A stretch of DNA of 60,387 nucleotides from an uncultured Methylobacter sp. (GTDB taxonomy: Bacteria; Pseudomonadota; Gammaproteobacteria; Methylococcales; Methylomonadaceae). Each line of letters opens with the position of its first letter. Position 1 is the first letter of the stretch. A program made the translations under genes and the position numbers. Below the pieces are notes generated by a model. That model saw only the letters and a program-made list of their open reading frames with translations. It ran no database searches and was not told where the DNA came from. Below, one piece after another: positions 31,281 through 42,898 of this stretch. The stretch covers positions 1-60,387 of the forward strand of contig CAZJOY010000001.1 of the NCBI GenBank assembly GCA_964547705.1, given 5' to 3'.

Positions 31281-32360
31281 ATGAAAACCGCCAACCAATT
31301 TTATGTTCCACGACTTGATGTTTTACGCTTATTCGCTGCCACGTTAGTGGTTCTTCATCATACTTATGGGAGCTATCCTATAATACAGAGGGAATCAGTA
31401 TCGTCACTACCGAAATTAATCTTCACGCATGGTCATGTAGGCGTTTCATTATTTCTGGTTATGTCTGGCTATTTAATGGGCTCGATATATATACGAAACC
31501 CAAATACTCGATATTCTGATTTCATCTACAACAGAACAATTAGGGTTATTCCTTTATGCTTACTTTTTTTTATGGGAACCTTAACCCTTCACCAAGCCGA
31601 TTTAAATCTATCGCAACAGATTATCAACTTAATTTCATTGCAGTTTTCATTTGATAGAAAATACCAAATCGCGCCCATTTGGACTATAGCTATAGAGTTT
31701 CAGTTTTATTTGATAGTTCCATTCATTTCTAAGATTTTATATAGGGATGGAATTAAATGCCTTATTAAAATATGTTTAGTATTATTGATATTTCGGTTCT
31801 TCTTAATAGCCGAGGCATCTACTGAAAAAGATTTTACATATGACATTTCTTACTATTCCATAATAGGCCGTATCGACCAATTTATATTAGGCATGCTGAT
31901 CGCTAAACGAGATCATGAACACAAACTCGCATTAGCGAATCCAATACATTTTGCATCATCAATTTTTTTCCTGCTTTGCTTATTTATTTTCTCAGAGCAT
32001 CACAATTGGTGGGCTAAAGGCTTGAGCGAGGTAATTATTGAATCGGCCTATTTAACTATTGAGGGACTGGTTTGCGGCTATTTCATGATTAGTTTTATAC
32101 AAATGCGTCAACATTTGCCTGGTGAGCGGCTTCTTGCATTTTTAGGCGCTAGTTCTTACTCAATCTATCTTTGGCACCTACTTATAATTGCTACATACTT
32201 TAAGTTTTTCCCTTATGGACTTTTTGGCGCAAGCCAAGCAGCAGTTTTCGTTAACATATTTCTTGTTATTTTACCTATTGTATATATCATATCTCTCCTT
32301 AGCTTTATGTGGCTAGAAATCCCTATTCTTAGCTTTCGGCGCAAATATAAATATGACTAA
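31281..32360 (+). CDS. Acyltransferase family 3 (OafA-like membrane O-acyltransferase)
   Basis: LDVLR...HH, GVSLFLVMSG, WTIAIEFQFY and SYSIYLWH; about 10 TM helices. Confidence 0.9.
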   Translation: MKTANQFYVPRLDVLRLFAATLVVLHHTYGSYPIIQRESVSSLPKLIFTHGHVGVSLFLVMSGYLMGSIYIRNPNTRYSDFIYNRTIRVIPLCLLFFMGTLTLHQADLNLSQQIINLISLQFSFDRKYQIAPIWTIAIEFQFYLIVPFISKILYRDGIKCLIKICLVLLIFRFFLIAEASTEKDFTYDISYYSIIGRIDQFILGMLIAKRDHEHKLALANPIHFASSIFFLLCLFIFSEHHNWWAKGLSEVIIESAYLTIEGLVCGYFMISFIQMRQHLPGERLLAFLGASSYSIYLWHLLIIATYFKFFPYGLFGASQAAVFVNIFLVILPIVYIISLLSFMWLEIPILSFRRKYKYD

Positions 32361-32452
32361 ATAAAAGGAATTAAGTTTGTAAGTGATATTTATGCTCACC
32401 ATGCTAACCCCCGGCCCCATGCACATTAATTTTTTAAAATCTAAAACCAATT

Positions 32453-33391
32453 ATGGGAAATAGCAATTATTTTCATGATATATCTGCCGTATTAGTTACC
32501 CATAACCCTAACATAAATACTCTTCATGACGTAATTCGCGCCGTTATTACACAGGTATCTAACCTTTTTATTGTAGATAATGCTTCATCAAATTTTTCAC
32601 AAGAATGGTTGATCCACTTTAAAGATCAAACCAACAAAAATTTGCACCTAATTCAACAAAAAGAAAACTTAGGTATCGGCGCTGGCCATAACATTGGAAT
32701 TCAATGCGCAATTAAACAAGGCTCAAAGTTTGTATTATTGCTGGATCAAGATAGCCAAATTAGCCAGAATATGGTTAGTAAATTACGCTTTGGCTATTCT
32801 GTGCTTGAAGAAAAAGGTTTGAAGGTAGCCGCAATTGGCCCCCAATACCGCGATGCTGATAATGGCAGATTATCCCAATTTGTTAAAGTTGGGTTATTAG
32901 GCTCTAGTTATTGCGAATGTAAAAACGATACCTCTTTCATTGATTCAGATTTTCTAGTCTCCTCTGGTTCTCTTCTTTCTATCACGGCACTTAGCACTAT
33001 TGGTTTAATGGATGAAAAGCTGTTTATTGACCATGTCGATACAGAATGGTGTTTTCGTGCAAAAGCTAAAGGGTTCCATATATTTGGTGCGTGTGGTGCG
33101 GTAATGACACATACACTTGGCGAACAGCGAAAGGAAATTTATTTTTTGCGGAAACGGATTGTGCCTTTCCACAAGCCATTCAGATATTACTATATGTTTC
33201 GTAACAGTGTATTACTGTATCGTCGGAAGTACATGCCTTGGCGCTGGAAATTTTCAGATGTCATCAGGTGCTTGAAAATAATGATCTTCTTCAGTTGTTT
33301 TGGAAAAGATCGTTTGGCATGCTTAACGATGATGTGGCTAGGCATAATTGACGGGTTAAAGGGTATAAGCGGCAAACGCGATTACTTATAA
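32453..33391 (+). CDS. GT2 rhamnosyltransferase (RfbF/RhlC-like)
   Basis: VDNAS, NLGIG, LLDQDS, SSGSL, LFIDHVDTEWC and RYYYMFRN. Confidence 0.87.
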   Translation: MGNSNYFHDISAVLVTHNPNINTLHDVIRAVITQVSNLFIVDNASSNFSQEWLIHFKDQTNKNLHLIQQKENLGIGAGHNIGIQCAIKQGSKFVLLLDQDSQISQNMVSKLRFGYSVLEEKGLKVAAIGPQYRDADNGRLSQFVKVGLLGSSYCECKNDTSFIDSDFLVSSGSLLSITALSTIGLMDEKLFIDHVDTEWCFRAKAKGFHIFGACGAVMTHTLGEQRKEIYFLRKRIVPFHKPFRYYYMFRNSVLLYRRKYMPWRWKFSDVIRCLKIMIFFSCFGKDRLACLTMMWLGIIDGLKGISGKRDYL

Positions 33392-33408
33392 GTACCAGGC
33401 ACTTAATC

Positions 33409-33494
33409 TACATCTATAAAAGCCGGCAAAATGTAAGCTGCCAAGTTAGAGCAACAGACCTTGCCGGACGTGTCAGGCTACGCGCCTGAATCCC
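33409..33494. repeat. Dispersed non-coding repeat, copy 2 (lacks ~47 internal bp relative to 9719-9851)
   Basis: Same blocks, order and orientation as copy 1. Confidence 0.7.
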
Positions 33495-33499
33495 AATAT

Positions 33500-33695
33500 T
33501 CCGACTCAGGCCGTCAGGATTTTTCGCGGAAAAAGCTTGGGGAACATAACCGATGATGATGTTGAGGCTGTCATGCATAAGCTCTATCGTCGCCCTCGAA
33601 AACACTCCATTTTAAAACACCGCATGAGGTATTCTGCTGAGAAAGTGCAAGAAGCCGCATTATCACTGGAATTTCACTTCGAAGTTGAATCCGCC
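33500..33695 (+). mobile_element. Degraded 3' end of an IS30-family element
   Basis: Frameshifted ..RQDF....GNITDDDVEAVMHKLYRRPRK....KTPHEVF matches the IS30 C-terminus (RQYFPK...LNxRPRKxLxxKTP). Ends in cacttcgaagttgaatccgcc, an IS30-type right end. Confidence 0.75.
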
Positions 33696-33785
33696 TTGGC
33701 TGATATATTTCAACTATGAGTCATTCTTTAAATGTAAACAACTAGAACTGGAAGCAGCCAGCTTTACAGCCTTGTAAAACTTAAC

Positions 33786-35126
33786 TCAGAGCGAGCTCCT
33801 CGCTTCCAGCCAACCATTAACTTCCTGTAGATTTTCCTCGGATATAGAACCAATCGCGTGCATAAAACGAATGCGATTTTTGATGTATTCGTATTTGGCT
33901 TGTGCAAAATCGTTTTTGGACGAAAACTCTTCCTGTTGCGCTTTGATAACATCACTGATGGTAACGACGCCATAATGATAGGCACGTTCCATAGCTTCGC
34001 GTGATTTGCTAGTTGATTCCAGCGCTTTTTGCGCGGCTCTGATACGACGCGCATTGGCATTGGAACTTAGAAATGCGTCGCTGGTTTCCTTGGTGATAGC
34101 GCGCATGTAGGCTTCGTTATCGTTTTTACTCAGCTGTAAGCGATGCTGAGCTTCATAGACTTGGTGCGTGGTCGTGCCGCCTGAAAAGATAGGAACGTTC
34201 AGATTAATTGCCGCAACTTCGGTCTGCGTATCCGAGCCTAAACTTTGGCTTTGGTAACCGGTGTTGGTATCGTAAAAGTTAAGCTGGAAATCCAAGACCG
34301 GCAGATGTTTGGACTTTTGGGTTGCTACGCTGTTTTCCGCGGCTTGTATGGCAATCTGTTTTGCGGAAACAGCCGGGTTCTGGCTGTGCGCCATGTCAAC
34401 CCATTGCTGAAGATCGCCCTGAATTTCCTGATAATCGACACCATCCCGAAGCTTATTGAGCGTAGCCGGGCTCGCGCCTGTCAACTCACGAAGTTTCTCT
34501 TGGGCCGTCACACGCCGGCTTTCCGCTAAAATCTCGGCGGCAATAATTTGATCCAGCCTCGCTTCCATGGCATAAAGATCGGTAACTTTGACCACTTGCT
34601 TCGCGTATTGCTTTTTTATTTGCTCAAGCTGTTTTTCAGCCGCCTGTTTTTCCGTTTTGGCAAAGTTAACTTGGTCGTCTGTTTCCAGTACGCTGAAATA
34701 ACGATCAACCACGTCGAACATCAATTGATTGTGGGCTTCGATGGCTTCGGCAGTATATTGATCTTCTACTTTGGACGCACGCCGCCATTCCCAGAACTTG
34801 GCAAAATCCACCAGGGTCTGATTAAGGGACACATAGTAGCGAATACCGTTATAATTGAAGGTATCTGCAGCGTTTAATCCTCTATTATCTATTCCTCTTC
34901 GAGTGTACTTGTTTGCCGACCAGTTGCCGCTGGCGTTAACTTGCGGCAACATTTGCCCAAAAGCTTGGCCTTTTTGCGCCGAACCGATTTCGACTTTGAC
35001 TTCGGCGCTTTTAAGCTGGGGATCGGCTTCCAATGCCTGTCTGTAAACGGTGATGAGATCCTCCGCTACGGCCGTTTGCGCGCACGCAGAAATGACAAGC
35101 ATTAGCCAATATTTAGATATATTCAT
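33786..35126 (-). CDS. TolC-family outer membrane channel of the T1SS (RsaF/PrtF-like)
   Basis: Signal peptide, EDLITVYRQALEADP and LNVPIFSGG; last gene of the ABC-MFP-OMF operon. Confidence 0.93.
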   Translation of the reverse strand: MNISKYWLMLVISACAQTAVAEDLITVYRQALEADPQLKSAEVKVEIGSAQKGQAFGQMLPQVNASGNWSANKYTRRGIDNRGLNAADTFNYNGIRYYVSLNQTLVDFAKFWEWRRASKVEDQYTAEAIEAHNQLMFDVVDRYFSVLETDDQVNFAKTEKQAAEKQLEQIKKQYAKQVVKVTDLYAMEARLDQIIAAEILAESRRVTAQEKLRELTGASPATLNKLRDGVDYQEIQGDLQQWVDMAHSQNPAVSAKQIAIQAAENSVATQKSKHLPVLDFQLNFYDTNTGYQSQSLGSDTQTEVAAINLNVPIFSGGTTTHQVYEAQHRLQLSKNDNEAYMRAITKETSDAFLSSNANARRIRAAQKALESTSKSREAMERAYHYGVVTISDVIKAQQEEFSSKNDFAQAKYEYIKNRIRFMHAIGSISEENLQEVNGWLEARSSL

Positions 35127-35131
35127 GGCGC

Positions 35132-36457
35132 TTAGTCTTCTGTAAATGAGCGGGCAAAGAAATTAGTCGCGGGTTGAGCCAGATATTCAAATAAGGTTCT
35201 TTCACCCGTGTTAATCAAAACCTCTGCCGGCATGCCTGGCAATAATTGTAGATTGCCAAGATCTTTACGACTTTCCGGAGTCAATTCAACACGAGCCTGA
35301 TAGTACGGCGCACCTGTTCTCTCGTCAGTGAAACGGTCGGGAGATAGATGAATAACCTTGCCATCCATTTTAGGTGTTTTCGACTGCTTAAATGCACTAA
35401 AGCGCACTTCAGCTTGCAATCCAACAACAACCCGATCAATATCCATCGGAGATACCTGGGCATCTATGATCAATTCCGCATCCTGAGGAACAATTTCAAG
35501 AATAGACCGTCCTGGAGGAATAACGCTGTTTTCGTTATGTACACTCATTCCAAGCACCATACCACTTGCTGGCGCCTTAATTACAATGCGATCAAGCTTG
35601 TCTTGATTGGCCGCAACCCGTTCTTCCGCGTCGTTAAGCTGGGCTTGGGCTTCGCTGAGTTTGCCTGTTACTTCTTCCTGAAACTGTTTTTGCAATTGCA
35701 GAATTTGTAGACGCGTTTCACTGATCAACATTTGGTTGGTAGCAATTTCGGCATTAAGTTGGGCAATTTCACCGCTTTGCAATGCATGGTTACGTTCCAC
35801 ATCGCGCAAACGTTGTTTATCGGCAAAACCTTCCGCTAGCAATTCTTTCTGATCGTGAATTTCTTCGGCAAAAGAAACAATCAATTGTTTCTTGCTGTCT
35901 ACCTGGCCTTGCAAGCCACTTATTTTGCTGGAAACTTGACTGATACGCTGTTTAAGCACGGCGATTTGACCGTCATGCGAATTGATTCTTGATTTAAAAA
36001 CATTATTCTCTGCCAATTTAGCTTCGGTAGTTCTAGGATCGCTGGGATCATCAAGTATTTCGGGATAGTCAACTTGTTTAAGCTGATCTCTTTCAGCACG
36101 CAATCGTGCGACTTGGGCGGCAAGAGTAATATTTTGAGCGCGCGCTATGCCTAACTGCGCTTTAATTTGTGTATCGTCCAAAATCAGTAGTGGCTGTTCT
36201 TCCTTCACTAAGTCGCCATCTTTAACCAGTATCTTGGTAACAATGCCGCCATCAAGGTGCTGTACTGTTTTTCTGTGTGATTTTACAACAACCACGCCTG
36301 ATGCGAGGGCAGAACTATCCATAGGAGCCCAAAACGACCAAACACCAAAAACTCCAAAAGTTGCAAGAACTATTGCTGCACCGATATTACGAATCGATCG
36401 ATCATTAGTCTGCAAAGTTGTAGGGTCGACAATATTCAATAGGGATTTTTCTGACAT
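35132..36457 (-). CDS. HlyD-family T1SS membrane fusion protein (RsaE/PrtE-like)
   Basis: KTVQHLDGGIV, IKAPASG and PGMPAEVLI.TGERT. Start moved to the ATG at 36457 to avoid overlap with the upstream gene. Confidence 0.93.
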   Translation of the reverse strand: MSEKSLLNIVDPTTLQTNDRSIRNIGAAIVLATFGVFGVWSFWAPMDSSALASGVVVVKSHRKTVQHLDGGIVTKILVKDGDLVKEEQPLLILDDTQIKAQLGIARAQNITLAAQVARLRAERDQLKQVDYPEILDDPSDPRTTEAKLAENNVFKSRINSHDGQIAVLKQRISQVSSKISGLQGQVDSKKQLIVSFAEEIHDQKELLAEGFADKQRLRDVERNHALQSGEIAQLNAEIATNQMLISETRLQILQLQKQFQEEVTGKLSEAQAQLNDAEERVAANQDKLDRIVIKAPASGMVLGMSVHNENSVIPPGRSILEIVPQDAELIIDAQVSPMDIDRVVVGLQAEVRFSAFKQSKTPKMDGKVIHLSPDRFTDERTGAPYYQARVELTPESRKDLGNLQLLPGMPAEVLINTGERTLFEYLAQPATNFFARSFTED

Positions 36458-36470
36458 AATACTTATTAAG

Positions 36471-38186
36471 TTAAGCAGGTTGTGTAGCAGGCATAGTCGC
36501 GGCTTGTTGTTGCTGCTGCAAGTGTGCGACGACTTGATCCCTTGGCCCATAAACGGCTAACATGCCATCATTAAGAATCAATAACTTATCAACTTTCGAC
36601 AATACGCTATTGCGATGGGTGATAATCAGCACAGTAGACTGTTTTTGTTTGAGTTGTAAGAGTGCTTTTTCCAAAGCGGCTTCGCCTTGCTCATCAAGAT
36701 TGGAGTTCGGCTCGTCAAGCACTACAAGAACCGGATTACCGTAAAGCGCCCGGGCCAATCCGATACGTTGCCTTTGCCCGCCCGATAGATTGCCGCCGGT
36801 AGCGCCAATAACGGTATCGTAGCCTTCGGGGAATCGCAAGATAAGCTCGTGTACATCGGCCATTTTGGCGGCGGCAACAACTTGTTCCGGATTTACATCA
36901 CCAAAACGGGCAATATTTTCACTGATGGTTCCTTCAAACAGTTCAATGTCTTGCGGCAAATAACCGATAAAACTACCGAGATGTTCGCGATCCCAATTAA
37001 AAACTTCGGCACCATCCAAACGAATAGCACCGTTGGAAGTAGGCCAAATACCTAGTACCGCTCGCGCCAAAGTCGATTTACCGGCGCCGCTAGGCCCTAT
37101 GACGCCGACAATATCACCCTTCTCAATCACTAAATTAATGCCTTTGATGACCGGCAGGCGACTACCTGGCGGAACAACCACGGCATTTTCCAATTGAATG
37201 CATCCTTCCGGATCAGGTAGCAACATGTGCTCTTTATCGGCAGGGATTTGTCTCAGAATATCGTTAAGACGCTTATATTGGCCTCGGGCGCTGATAAACC
37301 CTTTCCAAGTCCCGATAATAAGATCAATTGGCGCCAAAGCCCTACCCATTAAGATAGAGCCTGCAATCATCATCCCTCCCGAAATTTCGCGCTCGATCAC
37401 TAAATAAGCACCCAATCCTAAAATCAACGACTGCGAAGAAAGACGGATAACTTTAGACAATGCCGATAACAAGCCGGCACGCGAGCTGGCAACCGCTTGT
37501 AAATCCAAAACCTTAACCGCGCCAACCATCCAGCGTACTCTTATTTTTTCAAGCATGCCCATCGACTCGATAACTTCGGCATTTCTAAGGTTTCTACCTA
37601 GAGCCCCCCGCGTCACCATAGCAACATTATTGGCTTCACTTATTATTTTGGTCGTGGCTTTTTCAGTAATCGCAGCAACAATACACAACAAGATAGCAGT
37701 AAATATTGAATACCAGCCAAACCATGGATGAAATAGAAATAGTAGTGCCAAATATACTGGCATCCATGGCGCATCAAAAAAAGCAAATAGGCCGTTGCCA
37801 GTCAAAAATTGGCGCAAACCGGTTAAATCGTCTAGCGGTTGCGTTGTTGCTTGTTGCCCACCGGAGAATAGCGATTGCTTAAAAGCAATTCTAAATAGCC
37901 GTCGATTTAACAGCATTTCCAAGCGAGTACTGACTTTAACTAGAATTTGCGAACGCACCCATTCCAGAGCCGCCATAGTGATAAACAGCATTACCACTAT
38001 CAGCGTTAACATCAATAACGTAGATAGATTGCCGGTAGCAACTACACGGTCATATACCTGCAACATGTAAATGGATGGAACGATCATCAAGAAGTTGATG
38101 AGCAAGCTGAAACCAGCTGCGGATAAGAACGCGCCTTTACAAAGTTTCAGCGCTTCTTCTAAATCAGACTTATTACTTACTTTCAT
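36471..38186 (-). CDS. T1SS ABC permease/ATPase, PrtD/RsaD family
   Basis: YMLQVYDRV, FFDAPW, GPSGAGKST, LSGGQRQR and LDEPNSNLD; no C39 domain. Confidence 0.95.
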   Translation of the reverse strand: MKVSNKSDLEEALKLCKGAFLSAAGFSLLINFLMIVPSIYMLQVYDRVVATGNLSTLLMLTLIVVMLFITMAALEWVRSQILVKVSTRLEMLLNRRLFRIAFKQSLFSGGQQATTQPLDDLTGLRQFLTGNGLFAFFDAPWMPVYLALLFLFHPWFGWYSIFTAILLCIVAAITEKATTKIISEANNVAMVTRGALGRNLRNAEVIESMGMLEKIRVRWMVGAVKVLDLQAVASSRAGLLSALSKVIRLSSQSLILGLGAYLVIEREISGGMMIAGSILMGRALAPIDLIIGTWKGFISARGQYKRLNDILRQIPADKEHMLLPDPEGCIQLENAVVVPPGSRLPVIKGINLVIEKGDIVGVIGPSGAGKSTLARAVLGIWPTSNGAIRLDGAEVFNWDREHLGSFIGYLPQDIELFEGTISENIARFGDVNPEQVVAAAKMADVHELILRFPEGYDTVIGATGGNLSGGQRQRIGLARALYGNPVLVVLDEPNSNLDEQGEAALEKALLQLKQKQSTVLIITHRNSVLSKVDKLLILNDGMLAVYGPRDQVVAHLQQQQQAATMPATQPA

Positions 38187-38534
38187 TACCTAGACAACAA
38201 CAATTTGGAAATCAATATATTTTTGCATATTTAAGATTGGATTGATAGAGAAGCTTTTTCAATACCCGAATATAAAACAACTCGAGCTCTCTCGCACCTC
38301 ATCTCTTATGCCACACAAAATCAATAAGTTATTGACCTTCATTTAAATTAAGAGAGCTCTCTAAAATTTACATATATTTACTTTTGCTATGAGAAGCCTC
38401 CCGCATTAGCTAGCCGAATATCAAGACTGTGATTAGGTTATCATTTCGCTCTAACATTAACGCGATGAGTTGGCGGCTATGCGCCAGAAACTTTTGCCCA
38501 ATCAAGAAAAATGGGGATTGAGCAACATTAGAAA

Positions 38535-39076
38535 TTATACAAACTTCTCCGATTCCGCCAACTGCTTAGCTTGTTGATCTTTTGCAGACAAAATGGGGGC
38601 ATCCTGAATGGGCCACTGGATGCTAATGGATGGATCGTTCCAGGCAATACTGCGCTCGAATTCGGGAGCCCAATAATCTGTGGTTTTGTAAAGAAACTCC
38701 GCGGTATCCGAAAGCACCACAAAACCGTGCGCAAAACCTTCAGGCACCCAGAGCATACGCTTATTTTCGGCCGAAAGCTCAAGCCCAACATGCAGGCCAA
38801 ATGTGGGTGATTTTTTGCGAATATCAACAGCCACATCAAAGACCGAGCCTTGTATTACGCGCACCAGCTTGCCTTGGGGCTGCTGAATTTGATAATGCAA
38901 GCCCCGCAATACGTTTTTGACTGAACGTGAGTGGTTATCCTGGACAAAATCCACGTCACGCCCGATCAATTCGCCAAACCGGCGGCGATTGAAACTTTCA
39001 AAAAAGAAGCCTCGCTCATCGCCGAACACTTTGGGCTCGATGATGAGCAAGTCAGGAATTGCGGTCGAAATAGCTT

Positions 39077-39080
<4 letters not shown>
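38535..39080 (-). CDS. rfbC: dTDP-4-dehydrorhamnose 3,5-epimerase
   Basis: [22 protein letters not shown] and GFAHGF. Confidence 0.96.
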
Positions 39081-39960
<880 letters not shown>

Positions 39961-39964
<4 letters not shown>

Positions 39965-40863
39965 AATTGCTTCTCAAGAATTTCGGTAAGCATACGGGTG
40001 ATGCCGTATTGCCAATGGGGCAGATTCAGGCCGAAGGTATCCTGTAATTTGCATGTATCCAATTGTGAGTTTTTAGGCCGTGAAGCGGGCAGTGGGAACG
40101 CGCTACTAGGCACAGGCTGGATAGCCTCCGGCGCAACGTTAATATTGAGACCGAATTGACGAGCAAAATCAATTACAAAGCTGGCATAGCCGTACCAGGA
40201 AGTCTGGCCTCCTGCCACTAAATGATATAACCCGCTAACATCCGGGCGCTGTAGAGCCGTACGAATAGTATGGGCCGTGATGTCCGCCAGTAGATCGGCC
40301 CCAGTGGGCGCGCCAACCTGATCATCAATAACTGACAGACGATCTCGCTCTTGGGCCAAACGCAACATGGTTTTGACAAAATTGTTGCCGCGTGTTGCGT
40401 AAACCCAACTGGTACGGAAGATCAGATGTTTGCACCCGATAGCGAGAATAGCCTCTTCCCCTTCCAGTTTAGTTTTGCCGTAGATATTCAACGGCCCGGT
40501 AGAATCGGTTTCCAGCCATGGCCTATCACCGCTGCCATCGAATACATAATCAGTAGAGTAGTGAACAAGCCATGCCCCGCTAAGCTTGGCTTCTTGAGCA
40601 AGAACGCCGGGCGCCGTTGCATTGATAGTTCGAGACAGCTCTACCTCGCTCTCGGCCTTATCGACTGCTGTATATGCAGCGGCATTGACAATAATATCCG
40701 GGGCGACAGTTCGAACGGTTTGAGCGATGCCGTCCGGATTTGTGAGATCGCCGCACAATGTCCGGCTGCTGGAGCTCAACGCCACTAGCTCACCCAGCGG
40801 CGCAAGACTGCGTTGCAATTCCCAACCGACTTGACCGTTTTTACCGAACAGCAGAATTTTCAT
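39961..40863 (-). CDS. rfbD: dTDP-4-dehydrorhamnose reductase
   Basis: [25 protein letters not shown] and YGKTK. Confidence 0.96.
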
Positions 40864-40918
40864 ATGACTTTATTTTCCATGACGACCGGACGATGCAAGC
40901 CCACTCTTGGCAGGCTTA

Positions 40919-41986
40919 TCATGCGACACGTCCTGTATAGTTCTTTTCGACCCATTCCCGATAAGCGCCGGATTGCACATTAGCCACCCAGCTTTGATTT
41001 TCCAAATACCACCGGACGGTTTTACGAATACCGGTATCAAAGGTCTCAGCCGGCTTCCAGCCGAGTTCCCGTTCGATCTTGCTCGCGTCAATTGCATAGC
41101 GGCGATCATGGCCCGGACGGTCGGTAACATAGGTAATTTGTTCCCGATAATTTTTACCGTCCTCTCGAGGGCGAAGTTCGTCAAGCAGAACACAAACAGT
41201 GTGAACGATGTCAATATTAGGTTTTTCGTTCCAACCTCCGATGTTATAAACCTCGCCGACTTTTCCGGCTTCCAGCACTCTGCGAATCGCGCTGCAATGG
41301 TCTTTAACATAAAGCCAGTCACGAATTTGCTGTCCATCGCCGTACACCGGCAAAGACTTACCCGCAAGCGCATTAACAATCATCAACGGGATGAGTTTCT
41401 CCGGAAAATGATAAGGGCCGTAGTTGTTGGAACAGTTGGTGGTTAATACGGGCAAGCCATAAGTATGGTGATAGGCGCGCACTAAATGATCGCTGGCGGC
41501 CTTGCTGGCCGAATAAGGGCTGTTAGGCTCATAGCGGTTGGTTTCGGTAAAGGCTGGATCGTCCTTAACGAGAGAACCATATACTTCATCGGTAGAAACA
41601 TGCAGGAAACGAAAGTTTTGCTTGGCTTCGCCTTGCAGGTTATTCCAATAACCTCGCACCGTTTCCAACAAACGAAAAGTCCCAACGATATTGGTTTGAA
41701 TGAAGTCTTCCGGCCCATGAATGGAACGGTCCACATGGCTTTCGGCGGCGAAATTGATAATCGCGCGCGGCTGATACTGGGCGAGTAGATCGGTCACTAA
41801 GGTGGAGTCACCAATATCGCCCTGCACAAAAATATGCCGTTCATCGTCAACCAATGAAGCAAGATTCTCGCGGTTACCCGCGTAGGTGAGTGCATCAAGG
41901 TTAATGACCGTTTCGTCGGATTGAGCCAACCAGTCCAATACAAAATTTGCACCGATAAATCCGGCACCACCCGTTACTAAAATCAT
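40919..41986 (-). CDS. rfbB: dTDP-glucose 4,6-dehydratase
   Basis: [24 protein letters not shown] and YSASK; start at ATG 41986. Confidence 0.96.
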   Translation of the reverse strand: MILVTGGAGFIGANFVLDWLAQSDETVINLDALTYAGNRENLASLVDDERHIFVQGDIGDSTLVTDLLAQYQPRAIINFAAESHVDRSIHGPEDFIQTNIVGTFRLLETVRGYWNNLQGEAKQNFRFLHVSTDEVYGSLVKDDPAFTETNRYEPNSPYSASKAASDHLVRAYHHTYGLPVLTTNCSNNYGPYHFPEKLIPLMIVNALAGKSLPVYGDGQQIRDWLYVKDHCSAIRRVLEAGKVGEVYNIGGWNEKPNIDIVHTVCVLLDELRPREDGKNYREQITYVTDRPGHDRRYAIDASKIERELGWKPAETFDTGIRKTVRWYLENQSWVANVQSGAYREWVEKNYTGRVA

Positions 41987-42229
41987 TGGATATACCCGAA
42001 ATACTTGCTTCCCCGCAATAATAATTGCTGGAGAGCGCGTTTGATTTTTTATGAAACCCCGAAAAGTCTTTGCCACTCAATCACTGCTACCACTTTACCT
42101 GATAGCGAATAGTAACATTGATACACTGCCAGACCGTTAAGTCAACATTTTACCTTATGGTGGAAAGAGGGAACAATTTTTTATGGCAAATTGCCGAAGT
42201 AATCGCGTGAAGAACCTAAAAGTCTAGTT

Positions 42230-42338
42230 TGCTGGTCAACACGCCGACCTCGAAGCCTTTTCTCCAGCAATTTTTTAGCAACTTCATTAATGCGAAATTT
42301 TTAGGCCAGAAGTATTAGCTAATGAGCAAGATTTTCAT
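42230..42338 (-). pseudogene. 5' remnant of a WbuB-like GT4 glycosyltransferase
   Basis: MKILLIS*YFWPKNFRINEVAKKLLEK, then frameshifted FEVGVLT. In-frame TAA at 42315-42317 where the family has Q of SQYFWPE. The left boundary is approximate. Confidence 0.7.
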
Positions 42339-42344
42339 CTGCCT

Positions 42345-42580
42345 ATCTACTGCTCATATTGGCTAATCGCTTCAGATTTTTGATCAGCACCTCAGACACT
42401 TCCTGCACTCACGGATTAACCCCGCCCACGCCGCTTATCAACTCTTGCCATGGCGTCCCGGATCGTAGTGATCACTGACAGCTCACTTAATTAATGCCCC
42501 AGCCATAGCAATTCGAAAGTTTTCAGAATAAGTTGGTAACATAAAAATGTTTGCGGCTTCAAAGCAAACCTTTTATTGCT
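42345..42580 (-). pseudogene. 3' remnant of a GT4 glycosyltransferase
   Basis: Frameshifted EAANIFMLPTYSENFRIAMAGAL / LSVITT / GTPWQELI matches LPSxSENFGxxxxEAL..PVITTxGTPWxEL. Confidence 0.7.
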
Positions 42581-42898
42581 CGCCCATTCTTTCTAATGCT
42601 TGCGCATCCCAAAAGCAATCACCGAGCTTAAAAAACAGATCCAACCACCTTTCGCTTTTGCCAATCCCTTATTCCAAGCGTTATAAATGCCGTGATCGGA
42701 TTCGAAAATCCAATAGCTTATCTGTTCGCTATTTGACTTAAGCAAATCCACCGTACCGCTGTGAGCCCTCCATCAATGATAATCAGCTCTTTGTTTGGGT
42801 AGATTTACTGCAAAACACTGCTATGTATTATTGCAATGTGGCAGCGCCATTGAAAACAGCAACGATGATGAAAATTAAAGGAGGGACTTACGATTCAT
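42580..42898 (-). pseudogene. 5' remnant of a WcaE-like GT2 glycosyltransferase
   Basis: With stops and frameshifts: IIVAVFNGAATLQ*..YPNKELIIIDGG / GTVDLLK..ISYWIFESDHGIYNAWNKGLAKAKGGWICFL. The ATG overlaps the upstream stop (ATGA). Confidence 0.8.

Noticed and set aside
33537..33719. 60-aa ORF as a real gene
   Set aside because: It is a frameshifted piece of the IS30 transposase remnant.
38428..38443. CRP box upstream of the T1SS (TGTGA-ttaggt-TATCA)
   Set aside because: Only 8/10 and no -10 hexamer at class II spacing.
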